Positions 28,783 to 42,764 of a DNA stretch of 64,000 bases are shown here, piece by piece. The notes beneath the pieces were generated by a model. That model saw only the letters and a list, made by a program, of their open reading frames with translations, made no database searches and was not told the DNA's origin. The position numbers were made by a program, and so were the translations under genes. Position 1 is the first letter of the stretch; every line of letters starts with the position of its first letter. The stretch is from NCBI RefSeq assembly GCF_009914755.1, contig NC_060926.1; one strand, given 5' to 3'. The stretch is from the human T2T-CHM13v2.0 reference genome, Homo sapiens.

Positions 28783-31414
28783 AATACACAAACTCATTCC
28801 TCAGAGCATATTTTAAAATCTGCACAGCACAGCTGTAGGTTAGAAGATATTAGAAATCCAGCCTGAGACCATTCTAGATAGTCAAAGAAGCCGTGAATCA
28901 AGGAAGTTACATAGTTTGAGGAAAGTCATGCAGCTGGCATTAGAATTAACATGTATTTAAGACAAAGAAACACTTAATACAGATTTTACACATTCTGTAC
29001 AACCAAAATATCAGTGCCATCATATGAAACAAATAGGCCAAGTGAAAAATAAATAAATTATTGGTTTTTACATTTGAAATGCCATTAGAGTCCAAAATAT
29101 CATACACAAAAACAACATCCCTGCCATGGGACACAAAGTAAACATCAACACCTAAAGTTGTGTAACAGAGAGGCCTTGGATACATTTAAGCGAAAAGTAG
29201 GAAAACTGCTCATTGAGTCCTGGATTTGTCTTACAGAAACGGGAGATCTGAGATTTGAACCCTGGAATTCCAACTGTCCAGTCTAGTGTTATTTTTATGT
29301 GAAATCAACTTACCCAAGGACAAGTAATTCCATAAACAGAAGAAAACACTTTCATTCTCAACAACATATGCTTGACTAATATCTGATTTCTGTTTAGAAT
29401 AAATTTAGGTACACAGGTAAGGAAACACACTGTGATGCAAACACCACAGGACATTGAACCTGCAGACACAAATTCTAATACTCTCTCTAAGTAGCCATGT
29501 GAAGTTTGAATAAGTCTTTTCTTGATCATGCAAACTTGAGTATTAGTTTCCTCTTTTATAAAATGGAAACCTTCATACCTTTCAGTTGTGATATCAGGTT
29601 ACAGATCTACAAACTCTTATCCAAATACATTTTGCTATAGTAATCATCATTATTACTATTTTGAAGAAGCCAAAAAAGGAAGAAGGGGGAAGAGAAGAAT
29701 GAAAAATCCAGCGATGGAGATACCACTAGTTTCTACAGATGGCAGGACCTAGGGAGCAGGGAGAGGGGTCCAAAAAGAGGGGCCAGTGGACAGTTAAGGA
29801 AAGAGTCACAGACATGGCAGTCGGGGCTCAGGACTGAATCGCTTCCAACACACAGGATATGTGGACCGGTGGGATAGGAACTCCTTCAATAGTCTGGTCT
29901 CTTCATTATCTCTGTGTCTGATTAGAGGGAAAAATAATCTTTTTCCTTAGCCTAGGGAAAGACAAGAAGCACTGGAAGCTCCTCTATTGACATGAACCCA
30001 GAGTATAGAGAGAGTTTAGTTGTCCAAACTGAAATTGTGCCCTAAGCTCATCTCCAAATTGTCTGTACATCTGGGCTATGGACATAATAAGAACTCTGTC
30101 CTCTTTTAGAGAAAGTAGGAAATGTAGGAAGACAGAAGGAAAATGTCCAAAGCACTTTGGGGTAAGGATCCTTTGCCTAGAACCACAGAGAAGGAAGGAA
30201 TCTAGACCTGCTTGCCTGTAAACTGTGCCAGATAAGAGACTTCATTTCCTCCAGGTCTCTTCAAGATTCAGCATGAGTCATTTCTTCTTGGAAACTTCCT
30301 CTGCCGTTTTGATGTTTCAGTAATAACCCCGTCCCATGCACCTTTCATCTATCGGTGAATTACCTCTATAATAGTTTTATATTGGGGTTGTATAGAAATC
30401 ATCTTGGCTTAAATGTCCTCCAGAGTATAATGAGAGATGACTTTACATGGTCAGCACAGCTAGTAATGAATATATACACATGTGTTTGTAAGCACTTTCA
30501 TATCTTTCATCTTATTTGAGTTTTACAACACCCAAGGAGGTAGGTATGGTAGTAATTCTTGATTTTACAAGTGAGGACCCTACAACTCAAACACAGAGCT
30601 TGTCTAAGCTGGTATGATAGGGAAACCTGACTCTAAATCCATAGGAATCATTCCAATGCCCTGACATGGATTTGATCCCCTGTTAGCGGAGACCCAAGTC
30701 ATATGAGTGATCTCATCTAAAGCGTACATTCTCTCCTAAAGATTGTTCTCTGGTGTACATAGATTCTCTGCTTTAAAAGTCTATTATTGTCCATCGTTTT
30801 TCAGCCTAAAAAGCTATGGGACCTACTTAAACTAAAATTGCCTTTTCTTCAAAACCTAATAATCACTAGCTGCTATTAAAACACTTAATTGCAATTAACT
30901 CCTCATTAATGTATAATTAAGATGTCTGCCACTCCATAACCAGCCAATAGCCACAAATAAATGAGAATATAGCTGATGAGCCTTTCCAAACCTGCAGGAT
31001 CAGGATGAAGTACCACTACCTGAGACTTGTTAAAATGCTCTGAGAACCTGATCCATTATTTTTCCCAAGAACATAATGGAGAATGCTTTGTGTATGTTTC
31101 AGTCTAGCTTGTTTCCCATAGCTATGGGGCAATAGATGCCTGTCAAGAAGTCAGATGAAGCCCTTCTGCCATTATAGATTTCAGGATAATGTAATGACTG
31201 CAGCCTGGGACGGAACTTAGGCACCATCTATTTAATCCTTCACTGTAGTCAGGCTCACAGAAGGGAGACTTGCCAAGGCCGATAAAGCAACCTAGCAGTG
31301 AAACTGGGATTGGAGCTTCAGGATCCAAATTCTGAGACTCATGCTCTTTCTTCTTCATTCTGATAAAGTTTAGGTAAATTCAGCTGAAATCAAAGCATTC
31401 TTAACTGAGAGGAA

Positions 31415-31430
31415 AGATGGATAAATAGAT

Positions 31431-31471
<41 letters not shown>

Positions 31472-31516
31472 ATAGATGATATAGATTAGATAGATAGATA
31501 GATAGATGATATAGAT

Positions 31517-31566
<50 letters not shown>
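31415..31566. repeat. Complex (GATA)n STR at Alu tail position
   Basis: AGAT runs separated by duplicated interruptions AAATAGATGAT and GATATAGATT. Confidence 0.97.
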
Positions 31567-31567
31567 C

Positions 31568-31821
31568 TGAGACAGACTTTAGCTCTTGTTGCCCAGGCTG
31601 GAGTGCAATGGCACCATCTCGGCTTACTGCAAACTCTGACTCCCAGGTTCAAGCAATTCTCCTGCCTCAGCCTCCCGGGTAGCTGGGATTACGGTGCCCA
31701 CCAACACACCCAGCTAATTTCTGTATTTTTAGTAGAGACGGTGTTTCACCACGTTAGCCAGGCTGATCTCAAAGTCCTGACCTCAGGTGATCCACCCACC
31801 TCAGCCTCCCAAAGTGCTGGG
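31568..31821 (-). mobile_element. Alu (AluSq/Sp-like) lacking about 30 nt at its 5' end
   Basis: TGAGACAGACTTTAGCTCTTGTTGCCCAGG...CCCAAAGTGCTGGG then non-Alu sequence. Confidence 0.93.
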
Positions 31822-32228
31822 CTGAGGGTATTTTAAATGAAGTATTTGTGTTTGAACAATTTGTCCCTCTCAAAATCCTTACTGGTGTCATGATTCAGCA
31901 TGAAATACAGGTGAATTACAGGACAGAACAAGAGGGCAGCCATCTTAAGGAATTGGAGAAATAAATGCTGAACATTATTTATGTTTGTTTTAAAATACAA
32001 ATGAAATGCAAATATAAGTCAGCTTCCAGGTTATGGCATTGTTAGGCAATTACAAGAGTAAAGGAGATTTCTCCAGAAGTTTATAGACACCAAAATTGAA
32101 CAGAAAACCTCACTAGATCATGGAAATGAAGACATTCCTTCATGTTGCTCAAGTTGGACTAGATGAAGAGGAAGGACAAAACATCAGCGCCAGATGAATC
32201 TCAACATGGTCAGAATTAAGCCATCTAC

Positions 32229-32520
<292 letters not shown>

Positions 32521-35500
32521 TTAAGCCACTTATAACTAGAAGTCCACTCGATTGATTCCTAAAGACCTGAATGGGGATCCTAGTATTGCTCAGTACTAGT
32601 TTAGGTCTTTTTACCTTTCTAAACACTTACAAGCTATTATATTTACATCATGTAATTTTTCAGTCCTCCTAAAGTTACACCAGGCTACTGTGACAAGCCC
32701 CTTTGTAAAACTAAGCAACTTTGGAAAGAACCAGAATGGGCTGTGTTGGAAAGAACAGTCAACCTGGAGCCAGGTGACATGACTGCCAGATCATGGAGTT
32801 TGACCTAAGCTGGATTTGGGGTCATCATTTAACTTTACGCCCTCATCTGCAAGGCCCCAGCTCTGAATCTCAAGATCCCTGAATACAAAGGAGTGACTAA
32901 ACTCAGGAGAAACAGCCATCTCCCAGGTGAAATGAACATGCTTATAGTGGACAGGTTAAGACACAAGCATATTCTAAGACACTCAGTGATAGGCAGAGTC
33001 GATTTGAAGTAGAATGTGGCAGACAAGTGGAATCCAGAATCATATGTCACTAGTTTCCATTCCTCTTCAGCCGTTTCTACCTGAGTGGCTTTGAACAAAC
33101 TCTTTGACATTTCTGAACCTCATTCTCCCATATGCAAAGTGTTTTGTAAAATATTAGATCATCATGCAAACAAAAAGGATTATTTCTAATTTCTTGCTGT
33201 TCAGTTTTTCTCACACATTTTATGTACCATCTGCAGAAATGGTCGGCATCATAGGAAACATCTGTTCCCAACATCTACCTCCAAAATGCCCACTATCTAG
33301 AGGTATTGGGAACATTTAGGGGAGGCTGAAAGAGTTGATTTCCCCTTAGGTCCAGTTAATTTTGCCAGCACTGGCTGTTGTATCCTACATTTTGTTGTAT
33401 TCATAACATGTTGTTGTATATTATGCAAATATGTATGCTCTTTGTAAACCAGCAGTAATTACAAGGCTGAAAAATCACTGTTGTGGTCCTATTTCCTGGG
33501 AGCACATATCAAGAGCCCAGTTACTGACCTTTTCATTTGTCTGAATAAATAGAAGGAAAATTATTGACTTTGTTTTTTAAATATTTACTCGCCTCCCTTT
33601 CAAAATAAATTACGTCAATAAAAATATCAGGCATTTGTTTTTACAGCATGTTTGGAATTTCACCCTACTCTAGGCTATTTTCCTTCTTGGACTCCAGCTG
33701 TTTAACAGTTTCTCTGTCATCAGAGAATGAAATTTGTATTTAAGATGTTATCTTCTGTAGGCTCAGTGCTGGAGTGAATCTTCTTAACATTACCATTGAA
33801 AGTAATTTTCTCCCCTCATGATTTTCTCACAATTCTGCTGAGACTGGGCTAGTTTTATTTACCCTAATTTTAAATGCTCTAATAATTTTTAAATACACTT
33901 GCCTTCATATGCACGATAGTACCCAGATGGATGTTATCAATAAGCTGAAGATTCATGTAACAAGGGTTATCAATCGAGTCTGTTGGGATTAGATAATTAA
34001 TAAAAGGAAAGGTGCTTGACAAAAGGGATAGAATTTAAATTTTTAATGCTTTATCATGAATTGGTGAGTAGAATTTTAATGCGCAATTTAGCTTCTCACT
34101 CTTGGATTTGGCAAAGAAAAGGGAAAAGCAGATATTTTGTGGTTTCTGTGACAGCACAACGAGCTGGAGAGACCTGGCCTGGGAGTCAGGGGACCCATGC
34201 TCCAAGCCGAGACCTAGAGCAAGTTGTTGAACACTTCTAGCCCTTACCTAATCCATCTATACTTCCAGCAGCAGCAGCAGTGGCTAAAATTCCTGAACTC
34301 AAATTATTTGGTATCACAGACTAATAAAATTTCCCATACACACTCAGAGAAGGGGAGGAGGAGGCTGAGATAGGATTGTCAATTTTTATTTCTCCAAATA
34401 AAATGAGAAAATATTATTTGAACTTTAAAAACATGAAACAATTAAAATCTTAGATAACATTAAATTCTTTAAATTTAATATAACTGAGTTTATAAAAATT
34501 TGACTTTTTTTTCATTTATTCAGAATTGATAAAAATTTCCTCATGCATCAGAACCAAAATATGTCATTGTACTTGGGAACTCAGGTTACAGCACTTCTAA
34601 AAAGCATTAGAATACTGTAATTCTTTCAAAGTTCAGAATACTAGCAGATTTGAAAGAGTGTTTTTTGCTCCAAAATTCTATGGAATTCTGTAATTTGAGA
34701 TGCTTCAAACCCATAATTATCTTTTTTTATTATAGACTCTTTTAAAAATGATTTTTTTAACTGAATGTTCTGTTTGCAGGTTGATAAGAGCAACTTTAAA
34801 TGTGAAGATCGACTCATATTTTTTCCACTTTAGCCAAATGATTAATTTGATGGCAAAGGAACCTAAAAGTATTCAGTACATTTGCACTGTAAGGACTCAG
34901 CTACTATGCTCTGAAGTTTTTATCTCTCATTCATAAATGTGCTTAACAGAACTATATCTTCTGAAGAGTTTACTTATTGTTGTTATTTTTAATGTGTTCT
35001 ACATATCAAAGAAAATCACAAATGTGAATCTTGGATTAAAACTACATGTTACCATGCTGTCCCCTGTAAAACGTGGATAAAAGTGACAGCACTCTCATAT
35101 TGATTGAGGTAGCTGTGAAGCTTACATGAGTTATCTGAAATAATTTTGTGATCTAAAGAATTTTAAACTCTCAGTATTTTATAAAAACTCCTTAAAATCA
35201 TAGATAACTTGGAAATTGTTTCAAAGAGTGCATGGTATTATGATATTATAGCATTTTAAAAGTAACAAAATACATTTTTAAAATATCTCATCAAAGATTT
35301 TTGAAAGAAATAATGGGGTTGAGGTTCTTTTATCCTTAAGATTGTAAAAAACAAATTTGTTATGCATGAGGGCAATGCCCTCAAGATATAAGTTTGTAGA
35401 AGAATGTAGAATATTTTAAGAACAATTAAATCAAATGAGGCAAAGTAAAATAGGATATAAATGAAGCCCATTTTAGGAAAATGTGACAGAAAATTCATGC

Positions 35501-35753
35501 TACATAGCTTTGCTAAATGTAGTAATTGGAATATTTTACAACCTAGCTTAAATTAGCATGTCCTAGAAAAATGATTTAATCTAATAGGGGAGGCTTAAAT
35601 CTTCTGTTTTTATTTTTCTTGGAAACTAAGAAACAGTAGGTTGTTTTTTCATTTCTTGCATTTTTTTCTCCTGAATTTAAAATAATAATTACCTAGCACA
35701 GAAGAATATTAGTACAGCAGAAATGGGTAATGACTTAGAAAGTATCCAATATG

Positions 35754-36064
<311 letters not shown>

Positions 36065-36706
36065 TTATCCAATATGGGACCAAATACAGTCCATCAGTGA
36101 TTGGTGATCATTGATTCACTATTGGCAGAGGACAGTGAAGCTTCCTCTGAACCTCTCAGAAAAGAATCATAAACTTGTTTTTCATTTCTATGGCAGATGT
36201 TTATTGATTTTTATGATGCACGAAGAGTGTACCTGACACAGGTTGACAGTGGCAAAGATAACACTGCTCCTGCCCCTGGGGAGCCAGCAGCTTATTCCAA
36301 TGAATGGGATGTTTTCCATGGTAAGTGAAATACATGATCCTTTGAAGGCACATTCCAAGAACATCTAACATAATCCAGAGCATCAGGGATGCCTCTGTGA
36401 AGGAATTAACCTAAAAACTGACTTTTGGAAGGTGTTAACTGGGAAAGAGATTGGTAATAAGGTGTTCCCCGGAAGGAAAGAGAAGAAAAGAGGCAAAGGC
36501 TCAGAGACGACCAGGGCCACACAGATGCTAAATACCATTCAGGATGCCCCACACAGAGAATGAGAGGGAAGTAGGGGACATGTATCAAAGGGCTGTGTAT
36601 GATGTCTTAGCGGGAACTAAAAAATGCTTAATAAATAAGACATCCGCTGCAGCTACTGCTTCTTTATTCTGGAGGAATAACACAATTCATATATGGAGCA
36701 AGAGTC

Positions 36707-37084
36707 TGATGAGACAGAATGCTCAAATACCCAAGTTATAGAAAGCAGGTTTATTACTTACAAATAGGTAGCAAGGGACCACAGAAACCGGGATTCAGGG
36801 CAAGCTTGCTTCAGGACAAGGCTCAGGAAAGCTGCCCAGGGCAGATGTAGCCTCTTCTGTAAGTGCCCCAGGGTTTATACCCCAGGGAACATGACACACT
36901 GTGCTAAAGCTTTGAAGGACATCCTGTTTCTGGGAGGGACTGTAACAGAACCCAGGTTGTTCCAGACAGCTTCTGCTTATATCAGGATGTGCATTCCCAG
37001 AACATTCTACAGTTATTGTTGAAAACTACAAACAAGAAAAGGGGAAACTGGGTTGGTTCAAGACCACCTGGAGAACTGTCGTGT
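36707..37084 (-). mobile_element. LTR47-like ERVL solo LTR
   Basis: GCAGGTTTATTACTTACA (antisense AATAAA), GGCTCAGGAAAGCTGCCCAGGGC, GCATTCCCAGAACATTCTACAGTTATT match the recalled consensus. Confidence 0.65.
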
Positions 37085-37181
37085 GGGAATCAGATGACCA
37101 GAAAAATCCTAAACCTACCAATAACCCTAAGATATAAAGAGCGAGATAGGTTCTGCGTGGAATGTGGGATTCAGCCATGCT

Positions 37182-37479
37182 GTTATTTTATTTTATTTTT
37201 GAGACAGAGTCTCGCTCTGTCGCCCAGGCTGGAGTGCAGTGGTGAGATCTCGACTCACTGCAGCCTTGACCTCCTAGGCTCCAGGGATCCTCCCATCTCA
37301 GCCTCCTGAGTAGCTGGGACTACAGACATGCACCAACCACACCTGACTAATTTTGTTTATTTCTTGTAGAGATGGGTCTCACTATGTTGCCCAGGCTGGT
37401 CTTGAACTTCTGGGCTCAAGCAATCCTCCCACCTCAGCCTCAGTGCTGGAATTACAAGCCTCAGCCACTGCACCCAGCC
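37182..37479 (-). mobile_element. AluJ
   Basis: CTCACTGCAGCCTTGACCTCCTAGGCTC and GGGCTCAAGCAATCCTCCC J-type motifs. Confidence 0.93.
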
Positions 37480-37735
37480 ACCTGTAGTCTTTTTTAAGGA
37501 TGTTTCTGTTAGCAACAAATTTTCATAGTTTTCCTTTATCTTAGGAGGCTTGCATTTTCCCTTCATTCCTGAAGGGTATTTTTGCTGCATATAAAATCCA
37601 GAGTTGATTGTTCTTTTCTTTTAGCACTTGATGCTTTGTGCCACTTTCTTTTGGCTTCCATGATTTCAGATGATAACTCTACTGCCGCTCTAATTGTTGT
37701 TCTTCTGTAGGCAATGCACTGCTTTTCTCTAGTTT
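37480..37735 (-). mobile_element. Old L1M internal fragment
   Basis: CCTTCATTCCTGAAGGGTATTTTTGCTG, TTCTTTTAGCACTT, TGGCTTCCATGATTTCAGATGA. Confidence 0.6.
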
Positions 37736-37747
37736 CTTAACAACTAG

Positions 37748-37852
37748 CTATATCTGCAGTGGTCCTGTTTCCAAATAAAGTTAAATTCCGAGGTACTGAG
37801 GATTAAGACTTCAACACACAAATTTGAGGGGGATTCAGTTCAGCTGGTAACA
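37748..37852 (-). mobile_element. MLT1 LTR 5' fragment
   Basis: TTTCCAAATAAAGTTAAATTCCGAGGTACTGAGGATTAAGACTTCAAC...TAACA. Confidence 0.65.
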
Positions 37853-40230
37853 TCATGTTAGCTCTTTATTTAAGATTTTCAAAACTCTCTTATCAAGATT
37901 TTTCCATTATTTCCAGCAGCATTAGTGGTTCGCCCATCATTTTATTGAAAATAAGTCTTAATTATTGTTGGTTTATTCATTCAATCGTTTATACAATCAT
38001 TGATTTATTTAGTTACGAAAATCTTGAGCTCCTATACTGTGCCAAGAAGTGGTGATAAAAAGTTTTTATATGACATCAGCATCTAAGAATTTATGGTCCA
38101 TTACAGGGGCAAAAAAAGAGGCAGGTACACATATAGCCATATGAAAGTTTCAACAAGGTCAGTTCCATCAGAGTGGTAAGGAATGTGCTTTGGTGATTTT
38201 GAGGATGGAGATTATTTTCATGTTAAAAAGGGTATCAAGGAAAGCTTCATGGAGAGAGTAGTATTTTATTGACATTTTTAAAAATAGGCAAGATTTTAAT
38301 ACATGAAGATGAGAAGAAAAGGGAACTCCTAGTAGAAGAAAGAGATTAAACAAAGGCAAAGAGATGAGAAAATGTTTGATGTGCACAAGAAACAGGATTC
38401 TACTTGCTGCTTTTTGTTCATCAGGGCTAATTATGCCACCCACAAGTTTGGAAATTCTTTCAGAGCAGAAATAAGGTATTTGTGTATCAGAGAGAATGAG
38501 CCAGACTTTAGAATTAATCAGACCTCAGTCTAAATCCTAGCTCCCACACTTAATAGCTGTGTGCTCTCAGCTTCTCTCAGTCAGTTTCCTCACTACCGAC
38601 CTTACAGATGGTCTTAAGGCCATAAGAAAGGAATACATGGTATTCAGCGTTCTACCTGTAATTTCCACTATAGCGACAGGCAGACAGAACCAATGTGCAT
38701 GGTTGTTTACTTCACAGATGTTCCCGTTCTGTTGGCAAGTATGGGCTGCAATTCATCCCTCTCTTCACCTGCCAAGTTTGTGTCCTGGCTCAGGGCTGCA
38801 TCCACCTCTGTGAAGCAATGCCTGCTTCTCCCTAGCAAATCCTCTTCCCATTGCCTAGCTGAATACCAATTCAGAAGCAGCACCTTTTTTTAATTCATGT
38901 AAAAGAACAATGAAGATGAGTCACAGCTTTGGGCACATGATGGGTATACGTGGTTAGGCCAAATAGATTATTGTCTCTAATTGACTTCATAATAAAAGCT
39001 TTCATGATAAAGACCAAGATGTCTAAAGACTTTGTTCAAATACCTGTGCATTTTGTTCATGACCTATGATTTTCCTGATTGAAAAAATCATAAAATTTTA
39101 CCTCATATATTTGCTTTTTGGTTACAATCCTAGAATCTGAGGCACAATACAAGAAGCAAGAGATGATTTTTAAATCAAATCTAAGCATTCTTTGGTAGTG
39201 AGAAGAAAAAATTAACAGGGCTGTAGTGAAATGTGCACAAATCTGAATGGTGCTAAGACATGGAATATGTAAAGTTCAGTCATTACAACTGTTTGATTAG
39301 ATAACTAATTATAATTACTTATGCTATATGGCTTAGTTAATATGATTAAATAAGGAATGTTTGATGCTATCCAGTTACACCCGAAATGGTAAAGTGATGT
39401 AAATGGGATTGAAGTGTCAGTAGAAATTTTTACTTAAGTACAGCGGTGTTGCCTCTGTGAAGGCTTCCTCACCATCTTTGAGCCTATCACATACTAGAGA
39501 AGAATCCTAATTCTAGAAATAAAATTACATGGACTTTAATTCTGATTGGCTATCTGCAAGCAGTGCAAACCATGAGCAAGTTATTGAACCTCTCTCAGCA
39601 ATCAATTACTTTTTACATAGGCCTGCTGTGATGATTAAATGAGATGATTTATACAAACCACTTAGCAAGATTGCCTGGAATATGATAATCTCTCAATAGT
39701 TAGCATCTTCTAATATTAATATCACCCGATATTATTTTCTAATTTCCCCATTGTATCAGACTTGCTTGCACATCCATCTATGGTAGTCATTGCTTTCTCT
39801 AACCATATAGAATTCATTGTGGTTTTCAAAATCATGCTGAAATCACAGCTAGTGTAGTTGTAATCATAAAGCCTGGCCCCAGCTTTGAACTTCTAATGCT
39901 GTAGAAGTTACATGGAGCAGCCATAATGAATATTTGCAGAAGGAAGGGTATCCAAGAAGGACAGAGGGAAAGAGAACGAAACAGAGTTATGAAAACAGGT
40001 AAGCATTTGAAAGTTACAAGAAGACTGGAAGTCAAAGACTATATGTATTATCAAAGACCTGAGTTGAGGAAAAGCTGCATAAACTCATACATTTATATCA
40101 GCCACTATTAACTCTTTTGCCCCAATGAGTATATGTATGGAGCCAATGTTTTGAATACATACTTCCTTAAGCTACAACCCATACTTTCCTTTGAAGATAA
40201 ATACAATAATTATTAAAATCTATTGGCAAA

Positions 40231-40527
40231 AGTCCAGGCACAGTGACTCACACCTGTAATCTCAGTACTTTGGGAGGTTGAGGTGGGCAGATCACTTGAG
40301 CCCAAGAGTTCAAGACCAGCCTAGGCAACATAGTGAGATCCCACCTCTACAAAAAATACAACAATTAGCCTGGCATGGTGGCAGGCACCTGTAGTCCCAG
40401 CTTACTTGGAAGGCCGAGGTGGGAGGATCACTTGAGTCAGGGAAACGGAGGTTGCAGTAAGATGAGCTCATGCCACTGCATTCCAGCCTGGATCACAGAG
40501 TAAGACCCTGTCCCAGAAAAAAAAAAA
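40231..40527 (+). mobile_element. AluJ
   Basis: Full dimer with GATCACTTGAGCCCAAGAGTTC, A tail. Confidence 0.93.
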
Positions 40528-41440
40528 TTAGTGGCAATCATTTTAACCATGTAATATGATCTACTGTATACTCTTGGTCAAGTACAAAGAACTGAAGACA
40601 ATTGCTGATAATGGTTGTCTGTATAATTTTCAGCAGTAACACATCCATGTATGATAAGCTAGGCAAGTGTTGAAATAGACATAATTGTCCATCCTGAAGT
40701 TTACACTTCTAATTTACCACCTCACAATGGGACTTAAAGAACAGATAGCTTTCTTCTGATTTGAAAGCTAATTTATGTTGAATTTATCTGTTACAAAAAT
40801 AAAGCAATTTCATGTTTTAGTTTTTTTTTTTAACCTCTGATCTAAGACAACAATTATTAAGATACACTAGCGTAGACTGTGGTAAAGAGAATAGCTTTAG
40901 GAGTCAAACAGACCTATGTTAAAATTCTAGATCTACCATGTACTGGTTATATAGAGTAAAAATTATAAGAACAGCCTCAAAGATGGGTAGTTTAAATTGA
41001 ATAATGTATGACTCGCTTAGCATGGTGTCTGGAATGTTACAAGCCTCCAGTAAAGAGTAGCAATTGTTCTGCGACCAAAAATATCTATTATAGAGACAGC
41101 ATTCAGATAATTGGTGCTAAAGACAGACTTCTAACAGGAATATTAATAGAAATAAAACACTAAGACAATTGTTAAAATGTGAGCTCCAGGAGACAGCACT
41201 ATTTGTTCATTTTGTTCACTCCTTTATATCCTAAACATTTCTGACACAGAGCAAATGCTTAATAAACATTTGTTATATTAATTAATAAAAAGCTATAGAA
41301 AATTACATCCCAATAAAGACCCTATCGGCCCTGGGAAAGCACGACGGTGTCCGTCTTTCTTCTCCATCCTCCCAGCATGCTCTGTGCTAAGGGTTTCATC
41401 CTGGCTGTAAAGTAGGAGGCAGCCCTGCAGCTCAAAGCTT

Positions 41441-42764
41441 TTGTTTTGTTTTGCTTGAATTATAAATTGACAATTTATAATTTTATAAATTTATAGGGTA
41501 CAAAGTGATGCTATGAGTTATGAATACAATGTGGCATAATTAAAACAAGCTTGTTAACATATCCAGCACCTCCAATAGTTAAGATTGTTTGTGGTGAAAA
41601 CACTCGAAATTTACTCTCAGAAATTTTGAAATATACAATACTCTATTATTAACTATATTCACTATGCTGTGCAACATAACCCAAAAATGTATTTCTCCTA
41701 AGTTTTTATACACTTTGACCATCATGTCCCCCATTACCCCACCCTCCAGCCTCTGTAACCACCGTCCTACTCTCTGCTTCTGTGAGTTCAATTGATTTAG
41801 ATTCTACATATAAGTGAGAATGTGGCATTTGTCTTTCTGTGCCTGGCTTATTTCACTTAGCATAACATTTCCAGTTCCATCCATGTTGTCACAAACATCA
41901 GGATTTCCTTCTCTTTTAAGGCCAAATAGTATTCCGGTTTGCGTACATAGCATATTTTTTTTTATTCATTCTTCTGTTGATGGACATAGGTTGATTCCAT
42001 AACTTGGCTATTGTGAATAATCCTGCAAGGAACATAGAAGTGCAGATATCCCTTTGCCAAATTGATTTCATATCTTCTGGGTAACTATTCAGAAATGGGA
42101 TTGCTGGATCATATGGCAATTCTATTTCTAGTTTTTCCAGGAACCTTCACACAGTTTTCCGTAATGGCTGTGTTAATTTACATTCCCACCAACAGCATGC
42201 AAGGGATCCCTTTTCTCCACATACTCATCAATACTTATATTTCTTCTTTTTGATAGTAGCCATTCTAACAGCATGAAGTGAGATTTTATTGTGGTTTTAG
42301 TTTGTATTTCCCTAATAATTAGTGATGTGGAGCACCTTTTCATACACCTGTTAACCATTTGTATGGCTTCTTCTAAAATTATCTATTCAGGTCCTTTGCC
42401 CATTTCTAAAACTGTGTTGTTTTCTTACTATTGAATTGTTTGAGTTCCTTATACATTATATTTTGGATAATTAGCTCCTTAGGACTTGTATGATTTGCAA
42501 ATATATTCACTCATTCAGTAGGGTGTCTCTTTACTCTGTTGATTTCTTTCCTTTGCTATGCAGAAGCTTTACAGTTCAACATAATCCCATTTGTCTATTT
42601 TTGTTTTTATTGCCTGTGCTTCTGGGGTCAAATCTAAAAAATCATTGCCCATACAATGTCATGTAATTCCCCCCCTGTGTTTTCTTTTGGCAGCTTTACA
42701 GTTGTGGTCTTATGTTTACGTCTTTCATACATTTTGATTTGATTTTTGTATATGGTATGAAATA
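41441..42764 (-). mobile_element. L1MA (L1MA5-8-like) 3' portion
   Basis: T-rich tail at 41441, antisense L1 3' UTR and ORF2 C-terminus (TTTACATTCCCACCAACAG, GTAGCCATTCTAAC, TGCAGAAGCTTT). Confidence 0.9.

Noticed and set aside
34766-34875. Possible plus-strand exon after TGTTCTGTTTGCAG
   Set aside because: Only a weak downstream donor and no recognisable peptide; isolated acceptors are common by chance.
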